Below are positions 13,578 through 25,900 of a stretch of DNA of 64,000 nt, piece by piece. How positions within the stretch are numbered: position 1 is the stretch's first letter; every line of letters begins with the position of its first letter. The notes beneath the pieces were generated by a model. That model made no database searches. It worked only from the letters and a program-made list of their open reading frames with translations, and was not told the DNA's origin. A program made the position numbers and the translations under genes. Source of the DNA: the human T2T-CHM13v2.0 reference genome, Homo sapiens; the NCBI RefSeq assembly GCF_009914755.1, contig NC_060934.1; one strand, written 5' to 3'.

Positions 13578-14936
13578 GAATTCTCAGTAAATCCTTTGTG
13601 TTGTGTGTATTCAACTCACAGAGTGGAACCTTCCTTTATTCAGAGCAGTTTTGAAACACTCTTTTTGTGGAATTTGCAAGTGGAGATTTCAAGAGATTTG
13701 ACGCCAATCTTAGACATGGAAATATCTTCATATTAAAAGTACACAGAGTCATTCGTAGAAACTAGTTTGTGATGTGTGCCTTCAACTCACAGAGTTTAAC
13801 CTTTCTTTTCATAGAGCAGTTGGGAAACACTCTATTTGTAAAGTCTGCAAGTGGATATTTGGACCTCTTTGAGGCCTTCGTTGGAAACGGGATTTCTTCA
13901 TATAACGCTAGACAGAAGAATTCTCAGTAACTTCTTTGTGTTGTGTGTATTCAACTCACAGAGTTGAACCTTTCTTTAGAGGGAGCAGAGGTGAAACACT
14001 CTTTTTGTGGAATTTGCTAGTGTAGATTTCAAACGCTTCGAAGACAGTGATAGAAAAGGATATATCTTCGTATTAAAAGTAGACAAAATCATTCTCAGAA
14101 AACTCTTTGTGATGTGTGTGTTCAACTCACAGAGTTTAACCTTTCTTTTCATAGAGCAGTTTGGAAACACTCTGTTTGTAAAGCCTGCAAGTGCTTTTTT
14201 GGACTTCATTGAGGCCTTCGTTGGAAACGGGATTTCTTCATACAACGCTAGACAGAAGAATTCTCAGTAACTTCTTTGTGTTGTGTGTATTCAACTCACA
14301 GAGTTGAACCTTTCTTTAGAGAGAGCAGAGTTGAAACACTCTGTTTTTGGAATTTGCAAGTTCAGATTTCAAGCGCTTCTAGGCCTATGGCAGAAAAGGA
14401 AATATCTTCGTATAAAAACTACACAGAATCATTCTCAACAACTACTTTGTGATGTGTGCGTTCAACTCACAGAGTTTAACCTTTCTTTTCATAGAGCAGT
14501 TTGGAAACACTCTGTTTGTAAAGCCTGCAAGTGCTTTTTTGCACTTCATTGAGGCCTTCGTTGGAAACGGGATTTCTTCATATAATGCTAGACAGAAGAA
14601 TTCTCAGTCACTTCTTTGTGTTGTGTGTATTCAAGTCACAGAGTTGAACCTTCCTTTAGACAGAGCAGTTTTGAAAAATTCTTTCTGTGGAGTTTGCAAG
14701 TGGAGATTTCAAGCGATTTGAGGCTAATCTTTGAAATGGAAATATCTTCGTGTAAAAACTACACAGAATCATTCTCAGAAACTGCTTTGTCATCTGTGCG
14801 TTCAGTTCACAGAGTTTCACCTTTCTCTTCATAGAGCAGTTTGGAAAGACTCTGTCTGTAAAGTCTGCAAGTGATTAGTTAGACCCCTTTGAGGCCTTCG
14901 TTGGAAGCGGGATTTCTCATTTACTGCTAGACAGAA
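13578..14936 (+). repeat. Variant 8-mer (1359 bp): A, B/C hybrid dimer, C'-type dimer, D
   Basis: Landmark spacing 13257->14616 = 1359. The B first monomer is followed by C-type AAGCCTGCAAGTGCTTTTTTGGACTTCATT, then an A-type tail CATACAACGCTAG. Confidence 0.88.
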
Positions 14937-15955
14937 GAATTCTCAGTAAATCCTTTGTGTTGTGTGTATTCAACTCACAGAGTGGAACCTTCCTTTATTC
15001 AGAGCAGTTTTGAAACACTCTTTTTGTGGAATTTGCAAGTGGAGATTTCAAGCGATTTGACGCCAATCTTAGACATGGAAATATCTTCATATTAAAAGTA
15101 CACAGAGTCATCCGTAGAAACTAGTTTGTGATGTGTGCCTTCAACTCACAGAGTTTAACCTTTCTTTTCATAGAGCAGTTTGGAAACACTCTATTTGTAA
15201 AGTCTGCAAGTGGATATTTGGACCTCTTTGAGGCCTTCGTTGGAAACGGGATTTCTTCATACAACGCTAGACAGAAGAATTCTCAGTAACTTCTTTGTGT
15301 TGTGTGTATTCAACTCACAGAGTTGAACCTTTCTTTAGAGAGAGCAGAGTTGAAACACTCTGTTTTTGGAATTTGCAAGTTCAGATTTCAAGCGCTTCTA
15401 GGCCTATGGCAGAAAAGGAAATATCTTCGTATAAAAACTACACAGAATCATTCTCAACAACTACTTTGTGATGTGTGCGTTCAACTCACAGAGTTTAACC
15501 TTTCTTTTCATAGAGCAGTTTGGAAACACTCTGTTTGTAAAGCCTGCAAGTGCTTTTTTGGACTTCATTGAGGCCTTCGTTGGAAACGGGATTTCTTCAT
15601 ATAATGCTAGACAGAAGAATTCTCAGTCACTTCTTTGTGTTGTGTGTATTCAAGTCACAGAGTTGAACCTTCCTTTAGACAGAGCAGTTTTGAAAAATTC
15701 TTTCTGTGTAATTTGCAAGTGGAGATTTCAAGCGATTTGAGGCTAATCTTTGAAATGGAAATATCTTCGTGTAAAAACTACACAGAATCATTCTCAGAAA
15801 CTGCTTTGTCATCTGTGCGTTCAGTTCACAGAGTTTCACCTTTCTCTTCATAGAGCAGTTTGGAAAGACTCTGTCTGTAAAGTCTGCAAGTGATTATTTA
15901 GACCCCTTTGAGGCCTTCGTTGGAAGCGGGATTTCTCATTTACTGCTAGACAGAA

Positions 15956-16974
15956 GAATTCTCAGTAAATCCTTTGTGTTGTGTGTATTCAACTCACAGA
16001 GTGGAACCTTCCTTTATTCAGAGCAGTTTTGAAACACTCTTTTTGTGGAATTTGCAAGTGGAGATTTCAAGCGATTTGACGCCAATCTTAGACATGGAAA
16101 TATCTTCATATTAAAAGTACACAGAGTCATTCGTAGAAACTAGTTTGTGATGTGTGCCTTCAACTCACAGAGTTTAACCTTTCTTTTCATAGAGCAGTTG
16201 GGAAACACTCTATTTGTAAAGTCTGCAAGTGGATATTTGGACCTCTTTGAGGCCTTCGTTGGAAACGGGATTTCTTCATATAACGCTAGACAGAAGAATT
16301 CTCAGTAACTTCTTTGTGTTGTGTGTATTCAACTCACAGAGTTGAACCTTTCTTTAGAGGGAGCAGAGGTGAAACACTCTTTTTGTGGAATTTGCTAGTG
16401 TAGATTTCAAACGCTTCGAAGACAGTGATAGAAAAGGATATATCTTCGTATTAAAAGTAGACAAAATCATTCTCAGAAAACTCTTTGTGATGTGTGTGTT
16501 CAACTCACAGAGTTTAACCTTTCTTTTCATAGAGCAGTTTGGAAACACTCTGTTTGTAAAGCCTGCAAGTGCTTTTTTGGACTTCATTGAGGCCTTCGTT
16601 GGAAACGGGATTTCTTCATATAATGCTAGACAGAAGAATTCTCAGTAACTTCTTTGTGTTGTGTGTATTCAAGTCACAGAGTTGAACCTTCCTTTAGACA
16701 GAGCAGTTTTGAAAAATTCTTTCTGTGTAATTTGCAAGTGGAGATTTCAAGCGATTTGAGGCTAATCTTTGAAATGGAAATATCTTCGTGTAAAAACTAC
16801 ACAGAATCATTCTCAGAAACTGCTTTGTCATCTGTGCGTTCAGTTCACAGAGTTTCACCTTTCTCTTCATAGAGCAGTTTGGAAAGACTCTGTCTGTAAA
16901 GTCTGCAAGTGATTAGTTAGACCCCTTTGAGGCCTTCATTGGAAGCGGGATTTCTCATTTATTGCTAGACAGAA
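15956..16974 (+). repeat. Variant 6-mer (1019 bp): A, B/C hybrid dimer, D
   Basis: Contains GAAGACAGTGATAG (B) followed by a C second monomer, and lacks CTAGGCCTATGG. Confidence 0.88.
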
Positions 16975-19900
16975 GAATTCTCAGTAAATCCTTTGTGTTG
17001 TGTGTATTCAACTCACAGAGTGGAACCTTCCTTTATTCAGAGCAGTTTTGAAACACTCTTTTTGTGGAATTTGCAAGTGGAGATTTCAAGCGATTTGACG
17101 CCAATCTTAGACATGGAAATATCTTCATATTAAAAGTACACAGAGTCATTCGTAGAAACTAGTTTGTGATATGTGCCTTCAACTCACAGAGTTTAACCTT
17201 TCTTTTCATAGAGCAGTTGGGAAACACTCTATTTGTAAAGTCTGCAAGTGGATATTTGGACCTCTTTGAGGCCTTCGTTGGAAACGGGATTTCTTCATAT
17301 AACGCTAGACAGAAGAATTCTCAGTAACTTCTTTGTGTTGTGTGTATTCAACTCACAGAGTTGAACCTTTCTTTAAAGGGAGCAGAGGTGAAACACTCTT
17401 TTTGTGGAATTTGCTAGTGTAGATTTCAAACGCTTCGAAGACAGTGATAGAAAAGGATATATCTTCGTATTAAAAGTAGACAAAATCATTCTCAGAAAAC
17501 TCTTTGTGATGTGTGTGTTCAACTCACAGAGTTTAACCTTTCTTTAATCGAGCAGTTTGGAAATACACTCTTTGTAAGTCTGCAGGTGGATATTTGGCCC
17601 TCTTTGAGCCCTTCGTTGGAAACGGGATTTCCTCATATAATGCTAGACAGAAGAATTCTCAGTAACTTCTTTGTGTTGTTTGTATTCAACACACAGATTT
17701 GAACCTTCCTTTAGAGAGAGCAGATTTGAAACACTCTGTTTTTGGAATTTGCAAGTGCAGATTTCAAGCGCTTCTAGGCCTATGGCAGAAAAGGAAATAT
17801 CTTCGTATAAAAACTACACAGAATCATTCTCAACAACTACTTTGTGATGTGTGCGTTCAACTCACAGAGTTTAACCTTTCTTTTCATAGAGCAGTTTGGA
17901 AACACTCTGTTTGTAAAGCCTGCAAGTGCTTTTTTGGACTTCATTGAGGCCTTCGTTGGAAACGGGATTTCTTCATATAATGCTAGACAGAAGAATTCTC
18001 AGTCACTTCTTTGTGTTGTGTGTATTCAAGTCACAGAGTTGAACCTTCCTTTAGACAGAGCAGTTTTGAAAAATTCTTTCTGTGGAGTTTGCAAGTGGAG
18101 ATTTCAAGCGATTTGAGGCTAATCTTTGAAATGGAAATATCTTCGTGTAAAAACTACACAGAATCATTCTCAGAAACTGCTTTGTCATCTGTGCGTTCAG
18201 TTCACAGAGTTTCACCTTTCTCTTCATAGAGCAGTTTGGAAAGACTCTGTCTGTAAAGTCTGCAAGTGATTAGTTAGACCCCTTTGAGGCCTTCGTTGGA
18301 AGCGGGATTTCTCATTTACTGCTAGACAGAAGAATTCTCAGTAAATCCTTTGTGTTGTGTGTATTCAACTCACAGAGTGGAACCTTCCTTTATTCAGAGC
18401 AGTTTTGAAAAACACTTTTTGTGGAATTTGCAAGTGGAGATTTCAAGCGATTTGACGCCAATCTTAGACATGGAAATATCTTCATATTAAAAGTACACAG
18501 AGTCATTCGTAGAAACTAGTTTGTGATGTGTGCCTTCAACTCACAGAGTTTAACCTTTCTTTTCATAGAGCAGTTTGGAAACACTCTATTTGTAAAGTCT
18601 GCAAGTGGATATTTGGACCTCTTTGAGGCCTTCGTTGGAAACGGGATTTCTTCATACAACGCTAGACAGAAGAATTCTCAGTAACTTCTTTGTGTTGTGT
18701 GTATTCAACTCACAGAGTTGAACCTTTCTTTAGAGAGAGCAGAGTTGAAACACTCTGTTTTTGGAATTTGCAACTGCAGATTTCAAGCGATTCTAGGCCT
18801 ATGGCAGAAAAGGAAATATCTTCGTATAAAAACTACACAGAATCATTCTCAACAACTACTTTGTGATGTGTGCGTTCAACTCACAGAGTTTAACCTTTCT
18901 TTTCATAGAGCAGTTTGGAAACACTCTGTTTGTAAAGCCTGCAAGTGCTTTTTTGGACTTCATTGAGGCCTTCGTTGGAAACGGGATTTCTTCATATAAT
19001 GCTAGACAGAAGAATTCTCAGTCACTTCTTTGTGTTGTGTGTATTCAAGTCACAGAGTTGAACCTTCCTTTAGACAGAGCAGTTTTGAAAAATTCTTTCT
19101 GTGTAATTTGCAAGTGGAGATTTCAAGCGATTTGAGGCTAATCTTTGAAATGGAAATATCTTCGTGTAAAAACTACACAGAATCATTCTCAGAAACTGCT
19201 TTGTCATCTGTGCGTTCAGTTCACAGAGTTTCACCTTTCTCTTCATAGAGCAGTTTGGAAAGACTCTGTCTGTAAAGTCTGCAAGTGATTAGTTAGACCC
19301 CTTTGAGGCCTTCGTTGGAAGCGGGATTTCTCATTTACTGCTAGACAGAAGAATTCTCAGTAAATCCTTTGTGTTGTGTGTATTCAACTCACAGAGTGGA
19401 ACCTTCCTTTATTCAGAGCAGTTTTGAAACACTCTTTTTGTGGAATTTGCAAGTGGAGATTTCAAGCGATTTGACGCCAATCTTAGACATGGAAATATCT
19501 TCATATTAAAAGTACACAGAGTCATTCGTAGAAACTAGTTTGTGATGTGTGCCTTCAACTCACAGAGTTTAACCTTTCTTTTCATAGAGCAGTTGGGAAA
19601 CACTCTATTTGTAAAGTCTGCAAGTGGATATTTGGACCTCTTTGAGGCCTTCGTTGGAAACGGGATTTCTTCATATAACGCTAGACAGAAGAATTCTCAG
19701 TAACTTCTTTGTGTTGTGTGTATTCAACTCACAGAGTTGAACCTTTCTTTAGAGGGAGCAGAGGTGAAACACTCTTTTTGTGGAATTTGCTAGTGTAGAT
19801 TTCAAACGCTTCGAAGACAGTGATAGAAAAGGATATATCTTCGTATTAAAAGTAGACAAAATCATTCTCAGAAAACTCTTTGTGATGTGTGTGTTCAACT

Positions 19901-22900
19901 CACAGAGTTTAACCTTTCTTTAATCGAGCAGTTTGGAAATACACTCTTTGTAAGTCTGCAGGTGGATATTTGGCCCTCTTTGAGCCCTTCGTTGGAAACG
20001 GGATTTCCTCATATAATGCTAGACAGAAGAATTCTCAGTAACTTCTTTGTGTTGTTTGTATTCAACACACAGATTTGAACCTTCCTTTAGAGAGAGCAGA
20101 TTTGAAACACTCTGTTTTTGGAATTTGCAAGTGCAGATTTCAAGCGCTTCTAGGCCTATGGCAGAAAAGGAAATATCTTCGTATAAAAACTACACAGAAT
20201 CATTCTCAACAACTACTTTGTGATGTGTGCGTTCAACTCACAGAGTTTAACCTTTCTTTTCATAGAGCAGTTTGGAAACACTCTGTTTGTAAAGCCTGCA
20301 AGTGCTTTTTTGGACTTCATTGAGGCCTTCGTTGGAAACGGGATTTCTTCATATAATGCTAGACAGAAGAATTCTCAGTCACTTCTTTGTGTTGTGTGTA
20401 TTCAAGTCACAGAGTTGAACCTTCCTTTAGACAGAGCAGTTTTGAAAAATTCTTTCTGTGGAGTTTGCAAGTGGAGATTTCAAGCGATTTGAGGCTAATC
20501 TTTGAAATGGAAATATCTTCGTGTAAAAACTACACAGAATCATTCTCAGAAACTGCTTTGTCATCTGTGCGTTCAGTTCACAGAGTTTCACCTTTCTCTT
20601 CATAGAGCAGTTTGGAAAGACTCTGTCTGTAAAGTCTGCAAGTGATTAGTTAGACCCCTTTGAGGCCTTCGTTGGAAGCGGGATTTCTCATTTACTGCTA
20701 GACAGAAGAATTCTCAGTAAATCCTTTGTGTTGTGTGTATTCAACTCACAGAGTGGAACCTTCCTTTATTCAGAGCAGTTTTGAAAAACACTTTTTGTGG
20801 AATTTGCAAGTGGAGATTTCAAGCGATTTGACGCCAATCTTAGACATGGAAATATCTTCATATTAAAAGTACACAGAGTCATTCGTAGAAACTAGTTTGT
20901 GATGTGTGCCTTCAACTCACAGAGTTTAACCTTTCTTTTCATACAGCAGTTTGGAAACACTCTATTTGTAAAGTCTGCAAGTGGATATTTGGACCTCTTT
21001 GAGGCCTTCGTTGGAAACGGGATTTCTTCATACAACGCTAGACAGAAGAATTCTCAGTAACTTCTTTGTGTTGTGTGTATTCAACTCACAGAGTTGAACC
21101 TTTCTTTAGAGAGAGCAGAGTTGAAACACTCTGTTTTTGGAATTTGCAACTGCAGATTTCAAGCGATTCTAGGCCTATGGCAGAAAAGGAAATATCTTCG
21201 TATAAAAACTACACAGAATCATTCTCAACAACTACTTTGTGATGTGTGCGTTCAACTCACAGAGTTTAACCTTTCTTTTCATAGAGCAGTTTGGAAACAC
21301 TCTGTTTGTAAAGCCTGCAAGTGCTTTTTTGGACTTCATTGAGGCCTTCGTTGGTAACGGGATTTCTTCATATAATGCTAGACAGAAGAATTCTCAGTCA
21401 CTTCTTTGTGTTGTGTGTATTCAAGTCACAGAGTTGAACCTTCCTTTAGACAGAGCAGTTTTGAAAAATTCTTTCTGTGTAATTTGCAAGTGGAGATTTC
21501 AAGCGATTTGAGGCTAATCTTTGAAATGGAAATATCTTCGTGTAAAAACTACACAGAATCATTCTCAGAAACTGCTTTGTCATCTGTGCGTTCAGTTCAC
21601 AGAGTTTCACCTTTCTCTTCATAGAGCAGTTTGGAAAGACTCTGTCTGTAAAGTCTGCAAGTGATTAGTTAGACCCCTTTGAGGCCTTCGTTGGAAGCGG
21701 GATTTCTCATTTACTGCTAGACAGAAGAATTCTCAGTAAATCCTTTGTGTTGTGTGTACTCAACTCACAGAGTGGAACCTTCCTTTATTCAGAGCAGTTT
21801 TGAAACACTCTTTTTGTGGAATTTGCAAGTGGAGATTTCAAGCGATTTGACGCCAATCTTAGACATGGAAATATCTTCATATTAAAAGTACACAGAGTCA
21901 TTCGTAGAAACTAGTTTGTGATGTGTGCCTTCAACTCACAGAGTTTAACCTTTCTTTTCATAGAGCAGTTGGGAAACACTCTATTTGTAAAGTCTGCAAG
22001 TGGATATTTGGACCTCTTTGAGGCCTTCGTTGGAAACGGGATTTCTTCATATAACGCTAGACAGAAGAATTCTCAGTAACTTCTTTGTGTTGTGTGTATT
22101 CAACTCACAGAGTTGAACCTTTCTTTAGAGGGAGCAGAGGTGAAACACTCTTTTTGTGGAATTTGCTAGTGTAGATTTCAAACGCTTCGAAGACAGTGAT
22201 AGAAAAGGATATATCTTCGTATTAAAAGTAGACAAAATCATTCTCAGAAAACTCTTTGTGATGTGTGTGTTCAACTCACAGAGTTTAACCTTTCTTTAAT
22301 CGAGCAGTTTGGAAATACACTCTTTGTAAGTCTGCAGGTGGATATTTGGCCCTCTTTGAGCCCTTCGTTGGAAACGGGATTTCCTCATATAATGCTAGAC
22401 AGAAGAATTCTCAGTAACTTCTTTGTGTTGTTTGTATTCAACACACAGATTTGAACCTTCCTTTAGAGAGAGCAGATTTGAAACACTCTGTTTTTGGAAT
22501 TTGCAAGTGCAGATTTCAAGCGCTTCTAGGCCTATGGCAGAAAAGGAAATATCTTCGTATAAAAACTACACAGAATCATTCTCAACAACTACTTTGTGAT
22601 GTGTGCGTTCAACTCACAGAGTTTAACCTTTCTTTTCATAGAGCAGTTTGGAAACACTCTGTTTGTAAAGCCTGCAAGTGCTTTTTTGGACTTCATTGAG
22701 GCCTTCGTTGGAAACGGGATTTCTTCATATAATGCTAGACAGAAGAATTCTCAGTCACTTCTTTGTGTTGTGTGTATTCAAGTCACAGAGTTGAACCTTC
22801 CTTTAGACAGAGCAGTTTTGAAAAATTCTTTCTGTGGAGTTTGCAAGTGGAGATTTCAAGCGATTTGAGGCTAATCTTTGAAATGGAAATATCTTCGTGT

Positions 22901-25900
22901 AAAAACTACACAGAATCATTCTCAGAAACTGCTTTGTCATCTGTGCGTTCAGTTCACAGAGTTTCACCTTTCTCTTCATAGAGCAGTTTGGAAAGACTCT
23001 GTCTGTAAAGTCTGCAAGTGATTAGTTAGACCCCTTTGAGGCCTTCGTTGGAAGCGGGATTTCTCATTTACTGCTAGACAGAAGAATTCTCAGTAAATCC
23101 TTTGTGTTGTGTGTATTCAACTCACAGAGTGGAACCTTCCTTTATTCAGAGCAGTTTTGAAAAACACTTTTTGTGGAATTTGCAAGTGGAGATTTCAAGC
23201 GATTTGACGCCAATCTTAGACATGGAAATATCTTCATATTAAAAGTACACAGAGTCATTCGTAGAAACTAGTTTGTGATGTGTGCCTTCAACTCACAGAG
23301 TTTAACCTTTCTTTTCATAGAGCAGTTTGGAAACACTCTATTTGTAAAGTCTGCAAGTGGATATTTGGACCTCTTTGAGGCCTTCGTTGGAAACGGGATT
23401 TCTTCATACAACGCTAGACAGAAGAATTCTCAGTAACTTCTTTGTGTTGTGTGTATTCAACTCACAGAGTTGAACCTTTCTTTAGAGAGAGCAGAGTTGA
23501 AACACTCTGTTTTTGGAATTTGCAACTGCAGATTTCAAGCCATTCTAGGCCTATGGCAGAAAAGGAAATATCTTCGTATAAAAACTACACAGAATCATTC
23601 TCAACAACTACTTTGTGATGTGTGCGTTCAACTCACAGAGTTTAACCTTTCTTTTCATAGAGCAGTTTGGAAACACTCTGTTTGTAAAGCCTGCAAGTGC
23701 TTTTTTGGACTTCATTGAGGCCTTCGTTGGAAACGGGATTTCTTCATATAATGCTAGACAGAAGAATTCTCAGTCACTTCTTTGTGTTGTGTGTATTCAA
23801 GTCACAGAGTTGAACCTTCCTTTAGACAGAGCAGTTTTGAAAAATTCTTTCTGTGGAATTTGCAAGTGGAGATTTCAAGCGATTTGAGGCTAATCTTTGA
23901 AATGGAAATATCTTCGTGTAAAAACTACACAGAATCATTCTCAGAAACTGCTTTGTCATCTGTGCGTTCAGTTCACAGAGTTTCACCTTTCTCTTCATAG
24001 AGCAGTTTGGAAAGACTCTGTCTGTAAAGTCTGCAAGTGATTATTTAGACCCCTTTGAGGCCTTCGTTGGAAGCGGGATTTCTCATTTACTGCTAGACAG
24101 AAGAATTCTCAGTAAATCCTTTGTGTTGTGTGTATTCAACTCACAGAGTGGAACCTTCCTTTATTCAGAGCAGTTTTGAAACACTCTTTTTGTGGAATTT
24201 GCAAGTGGAGATTTCAAGCGATTTGACGCCAATCTTAGACATGGAAATATCTTCATATTAAAAGTACACAGAGTCATTCGTAGAAACTAGTTTGTGATGT
24301 GTGCCTTCAACTCACAGAGTTTAACCTTTCTTTTCATAGAGCAGTTGGGAAACACTCTATTTGTAAAGTCTGCAAGTGGATATTTGGACCTCTTTGAGGC
24401 CTTCGTTGGAAACGGGATTTCTTCATATAACGCTAGACAGAAGAATTCTCAGTAACTTCTTTGTGTTGTGTGTATTCAACTCACAGAGTTGAACCTTTCT
24501 TTAGAGGGAGCAGAGGTGAAACACTCTTTTTGTGGAATTTGCTAGTGTAGATTTCAAACGCTTCGAAGACAGTGATAGAAAAGGATATATCTTCGTATTA
24601 AAAGTAGACAAAATCATTCTCAGAAAACTCTTTGTGATGTGTGTGTTCAACTCACAGAGTTTAACCTTTCTTTAATCGAGCAGTTTGGAAATACACTCTT
24701 TGTAAGTCTGCAGGTGGATATTTGGCCCTCTTTGAGCCCTTCGTTGGAAACGGGATTTCCTCATATAATGCTAGACAGAAGAATTCTCAGTAACTTCTTT
24801 GTGTTGTTTGTATTCAACACACAGATTTGAACCTTCCTTTAGAGAGAGCAGATTTGAAACACTCTGTTTTTGGAATTTGCAAGTGCAGATTTCAAGCGCT
24901 TCTAGGCCTATGGCAGAAAAGGAAATATCTTCGTATAAAAACTACACAGAATCATTCTCAACAACTACTTTGTGATGTGTGCGTTCAACTCACAGAGTTT
25001 AACCTTTCTTTTCATAGAGCAGTTTGGAAACACTCTGTTTGTAAAGCCTGCAAGTGCTTTTTTGGACTTCATTGAGGCCTTCGTTGGAAACGGGATTTCT
25101 TCATATAATGCTAGACAGAAGAATTCTCAGTCACTTCTTTGTGTTGTGTGTATTCAAGTCACAGAGTTGAGCCTTCCTTTAGACAGAGCAGTTTTGAAAA
25201 ATTCTTTCTGTGGAGTTTGCAAGTGGAGATTTCAAGCGATTTGAGGCTAATCTTTGAAATGGAAATATCTTCGTGTAAAAACTACACAGAATCATTCTCA
25301 GAAACTGCTTTGTCATCTGTGCGTTCAGTTCACAGAGTTTCACCTTTCTCTTCATAGAGCAGTTTGGAAAGACTCTGTCTGTAAAGTCTGCAAGTGATTA
25401 GTTAGACCCCTTTGAGGCCTTCGTTGGAAGCGGGATTTCTCATTTACTGCTAGACAGAAGAATTCTCAGTAAATCCTTTGTGTTGTGTGTATTCAACTCA
25501 CAGAGTGGAACCTTCCTTTATTCAGAGCAGTTTTGAAACACTCTTTTTGTGGAATTTGCAAGTGGAGATTTCAAGCGATTTGACGCCAATCTTAGACATG
25601 GAAATATCTTCATATTAAAAGTACACAGAGTCATTCGTAGAAACTAGTTTGTGATGTGTGCCTTCAACTCACAGAGTTTAACCTTTCTTTTCATAGAGCA
25701 GTTGGGAAACACTCTATTTGTAAAGTCTGCAAGTGGATATTTGGACCTCTTTGAGGCCTTCGTTGGAAACGGGATTTCTTCATACAACGCTAGACAGAAG
25801 AATTCTCAGTAACTTCTTTGTGTTGTGTGTATTCAACTCACAGAGTTGAACCTTTCTTTAGAGAGAGCAGAGTTGAAACACTCTGTTTTTGGAATTTGCA

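Noticed and set aside
13976-16648. ORFs unique to this region (87 aa on +, 77-89 aa on -)
   Set aside because: They arise because the B/C hybrid junction removes stop codons; they mark the rearrangement and are not genes.
21756-21759. Extra RsaI site (GTAC) in one A dimer
   Set aside because: Single T>C substitution; useful only as a unique marker.
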